A stretch of DNA of 63,803 nucleotides, counting the filler, from Folioceros fuciformis (Eukaryota): assembly GCA_049999805.1 (NCBI GenBank). It is 5 parts of 4 records of this genome, joined end to end, with 100 filler letters (N's around TTAATTAATTAA, not from the genome) between each part and the next. Parts side by side here need not be neighbours in the genome. Positions count along the whole stretch, not along the records: positions 1 to 21,927 come from JBNGIO010006141.1; positions 22,028 to 40,674 come from JBNGIO010006142.1; 3 more parts are not named here. One strand, written 5' to 3'. This document shows, in pieces, positions 12,153 to 25,799 of the stretch; within the stretch, counting starts at the first letter, position 1; each line of letters starts with the position of its first letter. Position numbers and translations under genes: made by a program. The notes below the pieces were generated by a model that saw only the letters and a program-made list of their open reading frames with translations, ran no database searches and was not told the origin of the DNA.

Positions 12153-15100
12153 AGTCTCAACAGCTTTACATTTAGAGAAAAGGTTTCGAGGTAGTCCAAG
12201 CCAGGGACTTTGGAGAAACCCCTCGCCACGAAACGAGCTTTATATCTATCGAAGGTACCATCTGCCTTAACTTTTAGTTTAAACACCCATTTGCATGAAA
12301 CTAGTTGTCTATCTAAAGGTAATTCCACAAGCTCCCATGTTCCGTTCTCCATCAAGGAGTCATACTCTGACTGAATTGCTTTTCCCCATTCTTTCTGATC
12401 TGGTCTACTCAACGCTTCTTCATAGGACTGAGGTTCAATGGGGTCCAGAGAGGTTGCATCATTGATTATCACATAGGAAGAAGAAACACGAAAGTCTGAA
12501 GCACGGTAATAATTGGGAGGTTGTCTATGACGAGATGGATACCTTCTACCTGGTTCTTCAACAGCTGGAGGGTCAACAAGTTCAACATCTAAGGCAGGTT
12601 CAATCTCAATAACTTGTTCTGGAGGATGGTGATCCTGTTGATCCTTATGATTGTTAGGTGCATCTGGTTGTGCAGGCTCTGCAGCTGCGTTTTCAAGACC
12701 AACAAGTTCAAAACCTATTGAATCATCAACAAGATCATCAGCTGGATCATCCCCACCCACAGGGGCAACATCCTCAGCAGGAACAACTTGAGTTCCATGA
12801 GCATTTTGATCAAAGTGTGAATCTTGAAGCACTGTTGTGTCATCATCATCAAGAGGGGGATCCTGGGAAGCTCCCACTGATGCCTAATTGCTGCCTTCAT
12901 CAAAAGTAACACGCCTGGAGATCAGGAAGGCGGAAGGTACAACAAGGAGGAAAGGCAGATAGTTTGTGATCAACCTAACGGTTATGAGAAAGGTTCCAGA
13001 CTTTTATTCTTTTAGGTTATGATAGGAGGCGGGGGGGAGCAGCTACCCCTTATCATCACACTACACCAATTGCATGCAGGGCAGGAAAGGATATTTGACT
13101 TCTTGTCTGCCGGAGAGGTTCCTGTAGGCAAGCAGGGAAAGGAGGTGGAATTATTCAGTGGTATATACCAGAAGGATGGTCAACTTTTTGCTAACATCCG
13201 GCTAACATAAGTTTATGGACCCAATATGCCACTTATCCTAGAGTGGAGGTGGTCCTTGGACGTGCCTTGGGTGACAGACAAGATATGGAGTCCAGACATG
13301 GTAGTGGGTGATGTCGAGGGCCCTTTGATGGTCAGGACAGGAGGACTACGCCCGTTGTTCGCAAGACTAAAAGGCTTCATAGATTGTCTCTTGAGCTCAA
13401 ACCAAAGGACCATCTGGAGCGGCCCAAGTCAGTGTCTGGGGCTAGGATGCCCGAGCCTTCTGCTGTCTGGAATCTCTCAAGCAAGTCCCGCTAAATGGGT
13501 ATCGATAGTTTGAAGAACTACGGGAGGGGGTCTCACCTGCGGATCATTTCCTGGAATGTTAGGGGTTTGGGGGGATGGTTGAAGACGGCGTCGAAGTGTA
13601 GAAGACTAAAGAATCTACTAGAAGAGGAAGTCACATGGGATATTGTGTGCTTGCAAGAGCATAAACTCTCTCTGGAGCACATCCAGAAAGTGAAGATCTT
13701 TCTTCTTGGTAGAACAGAATGGGCAGCAACTAGAGCAGAGGATTCAAGAGGTGGAGAAATCTCTTCTCAATGAGTTTCAGAGACCCGCGGAGGTGTGTCC
13801 ATTACAGTTCACCCAGAACAAACTCACAACATCCTGGAATCGGGGCAAGATGAGGATGGGAGGTTTGTGTGGCAGGTGCTGCAAACTCCTCAAGGTCCAA
13901 TAATATTTACGCGCCTAATGCTACCATTGACAGGATTATCCTTTGGTGTAGGCTGGGGGATCAGCTTGATGAGCAGATCCCGTGGATGTTGGCTGGCGAC
14001 TTCAACTTTGTTGAACGCACATTCGAGGGGATGGCCCAGTTGATATGTCTTGGCAAGAGCAGGGAGACACGGTCTTGGCTGTGCAGGATCCTTAGGTGTC
14101 CCTCCTGACACATTGCCAACCATAGTCCTTGATGTTCAGCTGGTCCAACCAACAACAATAGAATTTGGGAGCGCGTAGGTTGGACAGGTTTCATTTACCT
14201 TCAGGGTGGTTGGCCTTCGTATAGTCATACAATATTCTTGCTGGTATGATCCTTTCCGACCACCACCCCACTAGCTTGCACTTGAGGCTTGCTCCTGAGT
14301 ATGAGCGCCCAAGGAGGCATATGCAAAATTTTCAGATGAACACATCCTTACTGAAGGAAAAAGGTGTCTTTCAGGATATCAAAAACATCTGGCAGGGAGT
14401 TGAACAGGGGGAAGAAAATGCGGTGGCCAAATTGATGTGTGCTAACAATGAGGCAACTCGGTATTTTAACGAGGGGTTCAACGAGAAAGAGAACAACACC
14501 AGTAAGAATGTTTTTTGAGGGAGGAACTGTGCTGGTTACAAAGGAGTTGCGAGGGCCGGGACTTCACAAGTGATCCTGCTCCTCCGAGTGGACTCCCCTA
14601 CTATCCATGGAATATGCATACCCATCCATGGAATATGCATACTTAGCTTCCCTTAGGAGTAGTAGGTTGTCCAGGATGCACCTATTTTGAATGAACCCTC
14701 GCTGCTCTTTCTCAATCCAATCATCAAGAAATGGTGTAATTCGGTTAGCCATGACCTTAGCAATCACCTTGTATGTGGTAGTGAGCAAGGTAATTGGGCG
14801 CCAATTGGAGATTGATAAACTGGCGTCTTGCTTAGGGAGCAAGGAGATATTGAACCAGCTCCCCATGCTACCTTCCTCCCAAAACATACTTACCGCTTCC
14901 ATGAATAACGGCTGCATAAATTCCCACCCCCAGAGTAGGAACTCTGAAGGGATACCATCATGTCCCGGGGATTTATCCCTCGCCATCCCCTTCAGGGCCT
15001 AGAACACCTCATCAGCAATTATCGGCTTATCCAGAGCCCTGCGATGGTCCTCGGACACTTTAGCCGAAAGCGCGCCATATGAAGAACACCAAATCCATTC

Positions 15101-17295
15101 CCACCCTGCCACCTTCCCAACACTGGAGAAAATGCCAACAAAGAAGAGGGTAATAAGAATTTTTAGACCTTCGAGCGATTCTTGCACCATGCCTCGCGCG
15201 TCTGGGAGGGTAGGGATTTGTGTCCTATGTCGGTTAGAGGCCACCTTATCGAAGAAGAATTTAGAGGGGCCGTCCCCCTCCAGGGCGATGGTGCATCCTA
15301 GGAAAACGCCTAATTGGGCCACAAACCTACGATAAAGCAAAGGTTTAGTGCTGGTTCCGACTGTGTGAAAATTGGGCTTTGACCTTCAGACCAGATCTTT
15401 ACAAGTGGCCCAGGCGTCCAGGGTGCAAGAAGGCTATCTATCGATCTTTCTTCAACTTCCCAACCGCGGACTTGTTCCTCTGGTTGGTGTGAGCGCAGAA
15501 AATCAAGCAAAGACAACTAATGGCTCCCCGATTGCGGTTAGCTAGATGATGACAAAGGGAAGCCATCAAGCTTCTATGGAAGTCCGTAAGAATCCCCCCC
15601 AAGGTCAAGTCTACGGTTTGGTGTTTTTTTCAAGCGTGTTTGCCTAATGCGGATCGTTGGGATGGGCTTTTAGTTGCAACGATGGAGGAAGTGTGTCGAC
15701 TGTGCACCGCTGGGGCCCCGAACAAGAGTCAACACATGTTCTTCACTACAGCTTTGCTCAAGAGATCTGGAGGGAGGTGGGCAGGTGGCTCCGATTGATT
15801 TTTCCTGGTGCTAATCTCAGGATCACAACAGAATTAGCTTTATTTGGGCTGGACGCAGCCTCAGGCAAACCTCTCCTTAAAACACAATGGTGGGGCTTAC
15901 TGTGGTCTTCTTGCCTTTTTTATCTTTGGGTCAATCGGTCCGCGGTGGTCTATGGAGGACAGGAGTCCGCTTCATCAAAAGCTTTGTTGTGGTGCATATG
16001 GGAGCATTTTTTGATTGCAGCAGAACCTTTGGAGCAATCCTGTTGGAAACAGTTTAAGGGGAAAGATTGGAGGACGGCGGGATTCCTAGCTCCTGGGAAA
16101 GATGCGCGTTGGAATCATTCATGCCCCTGGGGAAGGTGAGTCCTTAGGGTCCTTAGGAGACTTCGAAGTGTGAGTGTAAGTGGCTTCGGCAGCATGCTGG
16201 TAGCATAGTATAGGGGAGCGCTCTCTGAGCGCCTTCTCTTGAGTTTTGGACTCAAGGCCAGTCTTCCCCCTCTCTTTTGGTGCTCGATCTATGTACATAC
16301 GTTAGTAGGGGGTTCCCTTTGTATTGTAGTGGGAGGCATCTTCCAATCATAATCAGAATTCTTTTCTTCGCGAAAAAAAAAACGAGTAACACTCCTGGCA
16401 TATATTACTTTATTTTTAGGGACATCATAGAGTTTATATGCCTTGATGCCCTCTGTGTAGCCTAACATCAGAAGTTTACGTGCCTTGTCTGATTACTTGT
16501 TCCTCTTTTCTTTAAGAACAAAAGCATATGCTACACAGCCAAAGGTGCGCAGGTGAAGAATGGATGGCTTACGCCCCGTAAAAGCTTCATACGGGGTAAG
16601 TCCAACAGCTGAAGTTGTGGGCAATCTATTTTTAAGATAAGTAGATGTCATAATGGCTTCTGCCGAATATGGCATGAGGAGCTGAGCATAATGTAGAAGA
16701 GAAGATGTCATCTGCTACAATGGTACATTAAGACGCTCAGCAACTCCATTTTGCTATGGAGTGTAGGCTACTGTGAGTTGGCAACCAATGCCCTCAGCCA
16801 AACAGTAATCCTGAAACTCATTTGAGGTAAACTCTCCTCGATTGTCTGATCTTACAGTTTTAAGTTGCCTTCCAGTCCATCTTTCAACATACTTAAGGTA
16901 ATCCTTAAAGTAAGTAAAGCATTCACTCTTCTGCTTCAAAATGTAAGTAGTAACAAACCTCGTTTTGTCATATGTAAATGTCAGGAAGTATTTACGACCA
17001 CCAATGGACTCCTGTGAGAGAGGTCCACACAAATCTGTATGGACAAGTTCCAAGACATCCGAAGCCCTCTATGGTGCCTTGTTTTTAAAGGCTGCTTGAT
17101 GTCTCTTTGAAAGAACACAGGATTCACACAAAGGAAGTGGTACTAGAGGCCCTATATGCCCATGCTGGTAAAGATCGCTTACAGCTAGTTTTTTTAACTT
17201 TGCTGAATGAGGATGCCCTAGTCGTGAGTGTCACAATTTTGACTTTTCTATCTATTGTGCAGACGTAGTAGTTGCACCCTTTGTCAAGTTTAAGA
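12153..17295 (-). mobile_element. Copia internal fragment (pre-integrase, integrase, RT N-terminus) split by LINE-B
   Basis: The minus strand reads HSRLGH, ELVHTDLCGP, RSDNRGEF, LRTFGCVAY, LGYTEGIKAYKLYD...ARSVT at 16385-17250. It resumes TFDEG...EPQSYEEA...CKWVFK..YKARFVARGF at 12153-12912. Confidence 0.9.
12919..16384 (+). mobile_element. L1-like LINE (LINE-B) with poly(A) tail, TSD and internal inversion/deletion
   Basis: TSD AGTAACAC(G/T)CCTGG at 12905-12918 and 16385-16398. A10 at 16373-16382. Endonuclease on + (ISWNVRGL, GDFN, SDHHP). RT N-terminus on the minus strand at about 14565-15285. 3' region on +. Confidence 0.9.
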
Positions 17296-18990
17296 TGATA
17301 AAACCTAAGAGTGGTTAGGTTAGGTGTGTTATCAGCATATTGAGAAATAGATTAATTAATGTTTAAAGTCAGCATGTTACCCTTTCATTAGGGTTACGTC
17401 GTTTCATCAATAGGCACACCTTTTCATAATAATTTAGGTTGGACTTACAAGAATATATATAGCATATAGCGTGTGTATACAAGTAGCTTCCTTGACAAGA
17501 TGTAATTATTTAATTGTTTATTATTTAATTCACTTGCACTTAATGCTTAAGTTTATGATGGTATCAAAGCGTATTGAAGTGTGGGTTGCATTCTAGAGAA
17601 TGCACATTAAATTGTGCATACTTAGATATGCGCAGACATGTGGCTTTTGGTTCATATCTTTTCAAGAAAATGTTTCTTTAAAAGATAAACAAAAACAAAT
17701 TCAAGAAACTGAATTTTGATTGTTTATTTGAATTTCTTTGCTTGTTTTTTTAAACTTGAAAATTGTCCTAATGCATCTTCATCAGATTGCTACTTCTAGC
17801 AATTCTGGTAAAGGTCCGCTAGGACACCTGTCAGATCATGTAAATAAGCATTTGAAATCAATATTTATTTTAGAAGGATGCATTCTCATCCTTACAATCA
17901 AAGTTCTTGCCATTCAAATGGCACACAATTTACAGGGCCAGCAATGGCAACCTCTTGCTGAACGCATTTATCAGTGTCAGAACTTCTTGAGGGGTGCAAA
18001 GAGAAACACCGCAGAAAGGCTGCATCAAAGAGCACAAGAATGGATTTTTAGAAATCAAGACAAGCCAGCCCAAATCATAGAGCTTGAAAGGGCATTCAAT
18101 ATAATTGTGGAAAAACTGTATCTAGATTTCCAACACCTGACATTTGAATCCATTCCTTGGGGACGCCCTCCAGAAGTTGCTAGTAACCCTAACAATTTTC
18201 TGACAGTGCAGTCTGTACAATACATTTCCGTAAGTCAGTTGGCTTAGAGAATTGAATCACATACACAATATGTTGATAGGCGTTATGCACATACTAACAG
18301 AAATATTTCTGCTGTGAGCATAGATGTAAGAGATATATAGGAACAAATTAGGCACATAGATTTCAAACTTCATATCTTGCTTAAAGCAGAGCTGTTGCGT
18401 CACCCTGTGTTTCGCTCAACTGCTATGAAATCTGTGAAGAAAACAAACAGCAGATACAAGTTTGCTGAGCCTAATGCTTGTCCCTCCTGTTCTACATATG
18501 CTAATAACAGATGGGGGAATAGACATAGTCAGATCATACGAAAGGAGATAGAACAACTTACCTATTTGAATGATCCTGTAGGGCCTGTAGAACCATTATC
18601 ATCTAATTTATCAGATGATGTCTAGGTTGGTCTGGTTGTGTTAGAAAATAGCAACATTCATACCTAGACTAATAGTGGGTTTATAAGGCACTTAGCATTC
18701 AATTCCGTGACTATGGTATGTCTGCATCTGAGCATGATAGTGATGCTGAATTAGATACTGACATAGACGCAGTGCCTAATGTTAACCCTACAAGCACATA
18801 TACCTCCAATATGGCAAACCCAACTTCTACCTCTGTTGCCATTTCACATGATATCTTCAAAGAGAAGGACAGATTTGGAGGTTATGACTATGATATATGG
18901 GTTATGAGAATGAAGGGAGCCCTCTAGGCTAAGAAACTTTGGAAAATTACAGAAGGAACGGAGAAACCATTATCATCAAGGTAGGAAGAC
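17296..18990 (+). mobile_element. 5' part of a Copia element: LTR, PBS, extra upstream ORF, gag start
   Basis: Putative LTR TGATAAAAC...GTTTATGA at 17296-17558. PBS TGGTATCAAAGC at 17559-17570. Copia gag N-terminal motif DRFGGYDYDIWVMRMKGAL*AKKLW at about 18865-18945. Confidence 0.75.
17918..18625 (+). pseudogene. Unknown ORF between the PBS and gag (about 235 codons, two internal TAG)
   Basis: ORF-track segments 17738-18247 and 18377-18625 share a frame. The only interruptions are TAG at 18245 and 18338. Confidence 0.55.
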
Positions 18991-21927
18991 TGTTAGAAAA
19001 GGGTTGTGCCCTAATTACTTTAATACTCGAACACTTATGCTAGTTAGGGTTTTACATATTTAGATACGAAATGCTACCCTAGCTATAAGGGCAGAAGGCC
19101 AACGGCCAACTGCTAGGTAACGGTTAGTTGCCGTACCGACCTCCTGTTCGCGCGACCACAAAGGCCGACAGACATAACATAATTCACAATCTCTTTTTCT
19201 CACACACGTCTGGCTCCTGTTCGGCCGATCCTAGTCCATGTCTTGATATGGTATCAGAGCCATGGATCCCAGCATTGTGGATCCCAGCTATGGACGCATT
19301 GCTCATTTGTCCCACCAGGTCTCGAATCTGCGCAAAGACCAGCAGTCAGTCAACACACAAATTGTCAAACTTCTTCTCTTACATAAATTGGGAGAAAGCA
19401 ATTTGGTCAAGCCCATGCTTAAGCCGGCAGCTGTAGACTCACCAAAAGAAAGCTTGCTGGAGCAGTATGTGGAAGCGACCGCCGAATGTTTCCTAGAGGG
19501 CGTCGAGGTAAGTCACAAGAGCCCACAGGGAGCGAACCTGTGAAAGACCCTCGAGCTAGGAGAAAGGCCCGTTCGGTCTCACCGAAGCGGAAGCCATACA
19601 GAGTCATGACAAATCCACCACCACCTGCAGCAACGGTGACAAACATACGGTTAGATTTCAAGGATCGAGATCGGCTCGACGGCTCCAGCTACGATATCTG
19701 GATGCAGCATGTGAACATTCTTCTCCAACTTGAGGACTTGTGGGATGTGGCTTCTAGCGCAACCGCCAAGCCTGCTGCCGCAACGTCAGCCCCCGATGTC
19801 ATCGCCAAGTGGGAGAAGATTGACCTGCGTGCACGAGCTTTGCTTCAGTCCGCGCTGGACAGCTCAATGATGCACCATGTCGACGACGCCGAGTCCACAG
19901 CTCAAGCTTGGGCGTCCCTCCATTAGTCGGTCAAACAACATATCCAGCAGTTTCGCCACTTGAGGCAACGGCTGGCGTCGGCCGGCACAAAGGTCTCGGA
20001 GCTCCAAGTTGCCGTTGCTCTCCTCATGTCTCTACCAGAACGGTTCAGAACCAGAACGTTCCACAGATGGCGAAGAACCTTGTGTCAGTCCGCCAACTCT
20101 GTAAGCTGCACAAGTTTAGAGTGTGCTTTCAGGCTGAGGCCTGCATTGTAAGTGACGAAGGGGGAGATGGCAGTCCTATTGCTCTAGGCTCACCTATTCA
20201 CGATTTGTACAAGCTGGATATCACTCTTCGGAGATTGAATGAAGGGACGTCAAGTGCACGAGTTGCCATCTTGAGGAGAATCTCTGCATCTGATGAAGCA
20301 TTCCTGTGGCATTGGCAACTTGGGCACACAAATTTTCAACGACTCAAAAGCATAGCTAACTCGGAACTGTACAAAGATAAACTAGATTTGTCAGTCCCAG
20401 ATGATGTCTTTTGTGAATCTTGTATGTATGGCAAGCATCATAAGCTGCCACATGAAAATAAGGATGCCCCACGAGCTACACAGCTCCTAGAAGTCGTACA
20501 TACTGACCTATGTGGCCCCATGTCCACCACTTCGTTTGGTGGAGCCAAGTATTTCATGGTCATTGTAGATGATTGGAGTCGTTATACCTTGACATATTTT
20601 CTGTCACATAAAAGTCAGGCGTTAGACATGTTTGTCAGGTACATACAGTATGCGGAGCGTTTTATAGGCCATAAACTGAAGAGCATGAGAAGTGATAACG
20701 CTAGTGAGCTGGCCCTTGGCGATTTCAAGGCATACTGTGAGAAGGAAAGCATAGCAAGGCAGTTTACGGTGGCTTACTCTTCTGACCAGAAACCCCTCTC
20801 AGAGAGAACGAATCGGTACATACAAGAGGGTGCTGAGATGATGCTCCATCAGGCCCAGTTGTCCCGAGGATACTGGGCAGAGGCAGTCTCAGCTGTGACC
20901 TACATCCAGAATAGACTACCAACATCAGCATTCACTGGAGAGACACCTTATCAACGTTGGACAGGTCACAAGCCCCGAATAGCTCACCTCCGTGTTTTTG
21001 GCTCACCAGTGTATATCCATGTCCCCACACAGACTAGGCGGAAGATGGACTACAAGGCATGCAAACTGCTGTTTGTGGGGTGCACGGAGGGCATTAAGGG
21101 ATATAAAGTCTTCGATCCAACAACTCGGAAGACAAGCTACTCTCGGCCCGTCATATTTGACGAACACTATGTTCTGGATTCAAGCTCCAAGACGTCCAAG
21201 AACAATAATTCACAGAGTAGCTCGTCAGATAGTGAAGCTACAAATTCGTTGTTTAACAGTAGTAGTACAAGTAGCATGCCTAGCAATGTTCAGAACAATA
21301 GTCAGCTTTCATCTGACAGTGACACTGACTCTCACAGCTATGACGGGGATCATGAACCTGCTAACACAACCAATGCAGAGGCAGGCGTTTACGGAGAGAC
21401 TGACTTACCCCCGGGAGACGTCAGCTTTTTCGAGGAGGACAGCGTTAATGAGGGTGGTGTGGCTGCGGTTGAGGAGCCTGTTCCCTTTCCAGCTGCAGTG
21501 GGAGCACCAAGACAGTCTGCTAGGTATCACACTACCTCTCCAGCTAACTGGAAGGAGCCCCCACTGTCATCAACATTCTCCCGGCCTACTGTCAAACGGG
21601 GGAGAAAGGAGCCATCAGTTTTGTCAGCAGTCGAAGAAGTACACGTCGAAGTCTTACCTGCTGCAGAAGACGAAGAACATGAAGGTATGCCTGTAGTGGA
21701 GGAGACCACCCAGCCTGCAGCGAACGTGTCCCACAGAGCTCTCCTAGCGCAATCGTTGATGGCTGCACAAGATTTGGGTGAACCCGCGTCCTACCGGGAA
21801 GCCTTGACTTCAAAGGAGCACAAAGAGTGGGAGGCTGCTATTGATTCAGAGTATCAGTCTTTGATCGACAACCACACCTAGCAGCTGCGCCCTCTTCCTC
21901 CAGGCAGACAACCCATTACTTGCAAAT
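18991..21927 (+). mobile_element. Copia element nested in the previous gag, internally deleted, running into a gap
   Basis: LTR TGTTAG... at 18991-19248. PBS TGGTATCAGAGC at 19249-19260. Gag DRLDGSSYDIW. Integrase LWHWQLGH, CESC, VHTDLCGP, RSDN. RT start EPASYREAL. Gag C-terminus and protease are missing. Confidence 0.9.
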
Positions 21928-22027
21928 NNNNNNNNNNNNNNNNNNNNNNNNNNNNNNNNNNNNNNNNNNNNTTAATTAATTAANNNNNNNNNNNNNNNNN
22001 NNNNNNNNNNNNNNNNNNNNNNNNNNN
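21928..22027. other. Artificial assembly linker (N44-TTAATTAATTAA-N44)
   Basis: The same 100-nt pattern occurs at 40675-40774, 59229-59328 and 62541-62640. A plain N100 gap lies at 56529-56628. Confidence 0.95.
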
Positions 22028-22029
22028 GA

Positions 22030-22719
<690 letters not shown>

Positions 22720-23594
22720 TATGGCCCTGCGTCCTGTGTCTGCTTAGGGCGAAGCTATTGAGGAAGCAGCAGCGTCCGAGCTGCTGCCTTAGGTCACTGA
22801 AACCGGCAAATCAATTTTTGCTTGCTCCGGCTCTATTATTAAGAGCGGCCAGTTCGAAAAATTGAACCGTGTCGTTCACGCTTGAATCCGTTGAAATCTG
22901 TGCTTCCGGCGCATTGTACAGTTCTGACTTCGACGTTAGCACATCCAGTCGTAATTGAGCAAATACTCGCTGCACGAACTCGACGGGAAACACGGGAAAC
23001 GTTGGATCCTCTTTACCCCTGAACGTCGGGATTTCCCCCAACTCTTTCCTTGAGAGATCGAGGCACAATCGACTTTAGAATTTATGGACTACAAAAACAA
23101 AAGTTCGAAGCAAGGACTTATCGACTGTCGTAGGGGAGCTGCAGTACTCACAGAGTCCTTGGTCGTCGGGATCGAGCTCGGTACTCATCGAGTCCTTGGT
23201 CTTCGGAATCAAGTTCGTTCCAGAGCCTCTGTATATATGTGCCTACATATGTAGGCAGCGCAGATGTTGAATTGTCGATAACATTGCCCTTTCTGTAGTG
23301 CACTTGTACTTAAATCACATCTTTTCTTGTGGGGCTAATTAGAGGAAGACCGTACTTCACAGTTTCGGCAAATTGGGATCCCATCAGCAGCCTGAAACTG
23401 TCCAGAATTCGTGACTGCAACTACGCTTAGCTTGTCTGCATCAGTCCTCTTGTAGCTCCCGGCACCTGCTCTGTGGAGGTGGAGGTTGTGGTGTGCACCC
23501 TCTCTTGAGGGTCGAGGTGCACGGTGTTGTCCGTCTTGTGAGCTTCGTTTTGCTTGACCCGGATCCTTTTAAGCTTGCGGTCGGACCGGTTATC

Positions 23595-24948
23595 ATGGGA
23601 ATTTTGTCCAACCGACTGGCCAAGGAGAACCTACAATCCGGGGACCATATCTACTCTTGGCGCTCCGCTTACACCTACGCGCATCACGGTGTGTGAGCAT
23701 CCTTCCTGTCTGGAATTCCCTGGTTTTCGTTTCAGTGAACTTCTATTGGATTCTGTTGACAATTTCTGGTTTTTGCTGGGACTTTGACTGACATGGGAGT
23801 GTGGTTCGCTCAAACGTCGTAGTTGTGTCCAAGGAGTTTTCATCTCTCTTCAGGAGATGTATGACTTCAACATCTGGTCCATCTGCGGAGCCGTGAGCCT
23901 GTCCCTTTCAGATAAATGATGGCTACCCTGCAGATGTGGATGGGTGCAAAAGGTGTCGTTGATGCTGTCTGTTTGAAATGCTAATTTTTTAGTCACCCTT
24001 GCCTTGCCTTGCTTTGCAACATAACGCCCACTGTGTCAACTGCGTCTCGTGATGTTGATATATGTTCTCTTGTTATCAAAACCCTAGTAGACCTGCAGAT
24101 AACCTCTTGAACGCAGTTTCCTGAGCGAATTTTGTTGTGAGAGCATACCGAGCGATGCTGCGGATTTCAAGAGCAGTTTCTCAAGGTCCTTTGCAGCAGG
24201 AAGTGCTCAGTCTCGGCACTGTCGCTGATTGTGGGATTTTTTACACAGGGATCTACATTGGGGACGGGCAAGTCATCCATTTCACACAAGGACGTCGTCA
24301 AGAGCTGGGAACTGGCACTGGTTTGGATTTAATAATTTATAGCTCACTGCCATCTACAGCAGGGAAAATTTGTGAAGCCTGTGGTGTAACTGGAGACTCT
24401 CAAGGAGTGGTGCAGTCGTGCCTCAACTGTTTCTTGGCAGGATTTCCACTATACCGGTTTGAATATGGTACCAGCATTACTGTATTCCTTTTAAAGCCAC
24501 GTGGGGGGACATGCACGCTTGCAGTTTCAGATCCTCCGGAGCTAGTGCTTCACAGAGCCAAGTACTTGTTCGACAACGGGTTTGGATGCTATCACATCTT
24601 CAGGAACAACTGTGAGGATTTCGCCATTTATTGTATGACTGGTCTGCTCGTCGTCCAAAAAAGTATGTTGGGGCGAAGTGGACAAGCGGCATCCATACTT
24701 GGAGCCCCTTTGCGGCAGTGGTTTCTTCTCCACTGAAGTTCTTGGTTTTAAGTACATGGGGGTTGGTCTTTCTCGCAACAGGCGTTTATTGGTTCAGCAG
24801 ATACGTCACGGACATCGGTGTAAGGCAAGACGTCGTAAAAGTGCCCGTAGAGGACTTGGCGACAAATGTAGGATGGTCCGTCATCACAACTCCTGGCAAA
24901 GAAAAGAATGTCCCCTTCGTACAGATGGAGGAGGATGGTGAGGTTTAG
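23595..24948 (+). pseudogene. LRAT-like/NC-domain protein, copy 1; exons 23595-23688 and 24249-24948; 1-nt frameshift near 24710
   Basis: [22 protein letters not shown] and [10 protein letters not shown] motifs. The T-run in GGAGCCCCTTTGCG is one T shorter than in copy 2. Confidence 0.8.
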
Positions 24949-25799
24949 GATTCTCTGATAGAAGCATGTTGGTAGAAGCGACGGCGAGAAGCTGAATGTG
25001 GAAGTGGGAATGCTATGTCCCTGCTGCAGGCCACTTCGGGGAGCTTGAGCTGGTCCATGACCACGGTGCATTGCCACCGAGCACAGTGGCAAGCTCAACA
25101 AAGGCGGAGTTCTCAGTCTCGGATACGACATCGTAGCCTGCGAGCAAGACGATATGGACTACGAGGCTTCTTCCCTCCCTGAAGATTAGTTTTCCTCTGC
25201 CCGCTTGTTTGAAGGTTATGCTTTCCTGCCTTGTGGAGGCAGTTTGTCAGCCAGCTTGGCTTTGTCTACAGTTTATCTGTTTACGGCCTCGAAAGTTTTC
25301 GGTGAAACTGTGGAGCATGGATTGGTTCCACTCCCTGCTCACATGGTGCTCTTTCGTCTTGCAGTTCGCATTCATCGTGGAGACATGGTCGTGTCGACGT
25401 TGGCCTTTGGCCTTCTTCCGGTTGTTCCTCTGGGTGATGGATCGTTCATCTCGTCTTCACTAAGATGTATGACTCAAGATCCAAAAATTGACTGGTGTTG
25501 TCGATGCCTGAGTTGGCTAAACACTAGGCGGAATTCCTATTGGCAGAAATTTAATTGAGATTGTAAAATATTTATAGGATAGGTTTCTGAATTCTTTTGC
25601 ATGCATTGAAACGGGCTCAAGCCTTGAAATGTTAATGTCACCCTCTCTAGGAATGCCCATGAATGTTTGTGTCTCAAATGTCCGAAGCACTTATTGATTC
25701 ACATGTGCCGAATCCCATATGGCATGGCATGCCTTGCCCATCTCAATTTCTCTCTCATCAACACATCCAAGTAAGTAAGGTGCATATCGAAAACTTGCC

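Noticed and set aside
21972..21983. TTAATTAATTAA motif recurring four times inside N runs
   Set aside because: It is an artificial six-frame-stop spacer centred in 100-nt gaps. It is not biological, and adjacency across these gaps is unproven.
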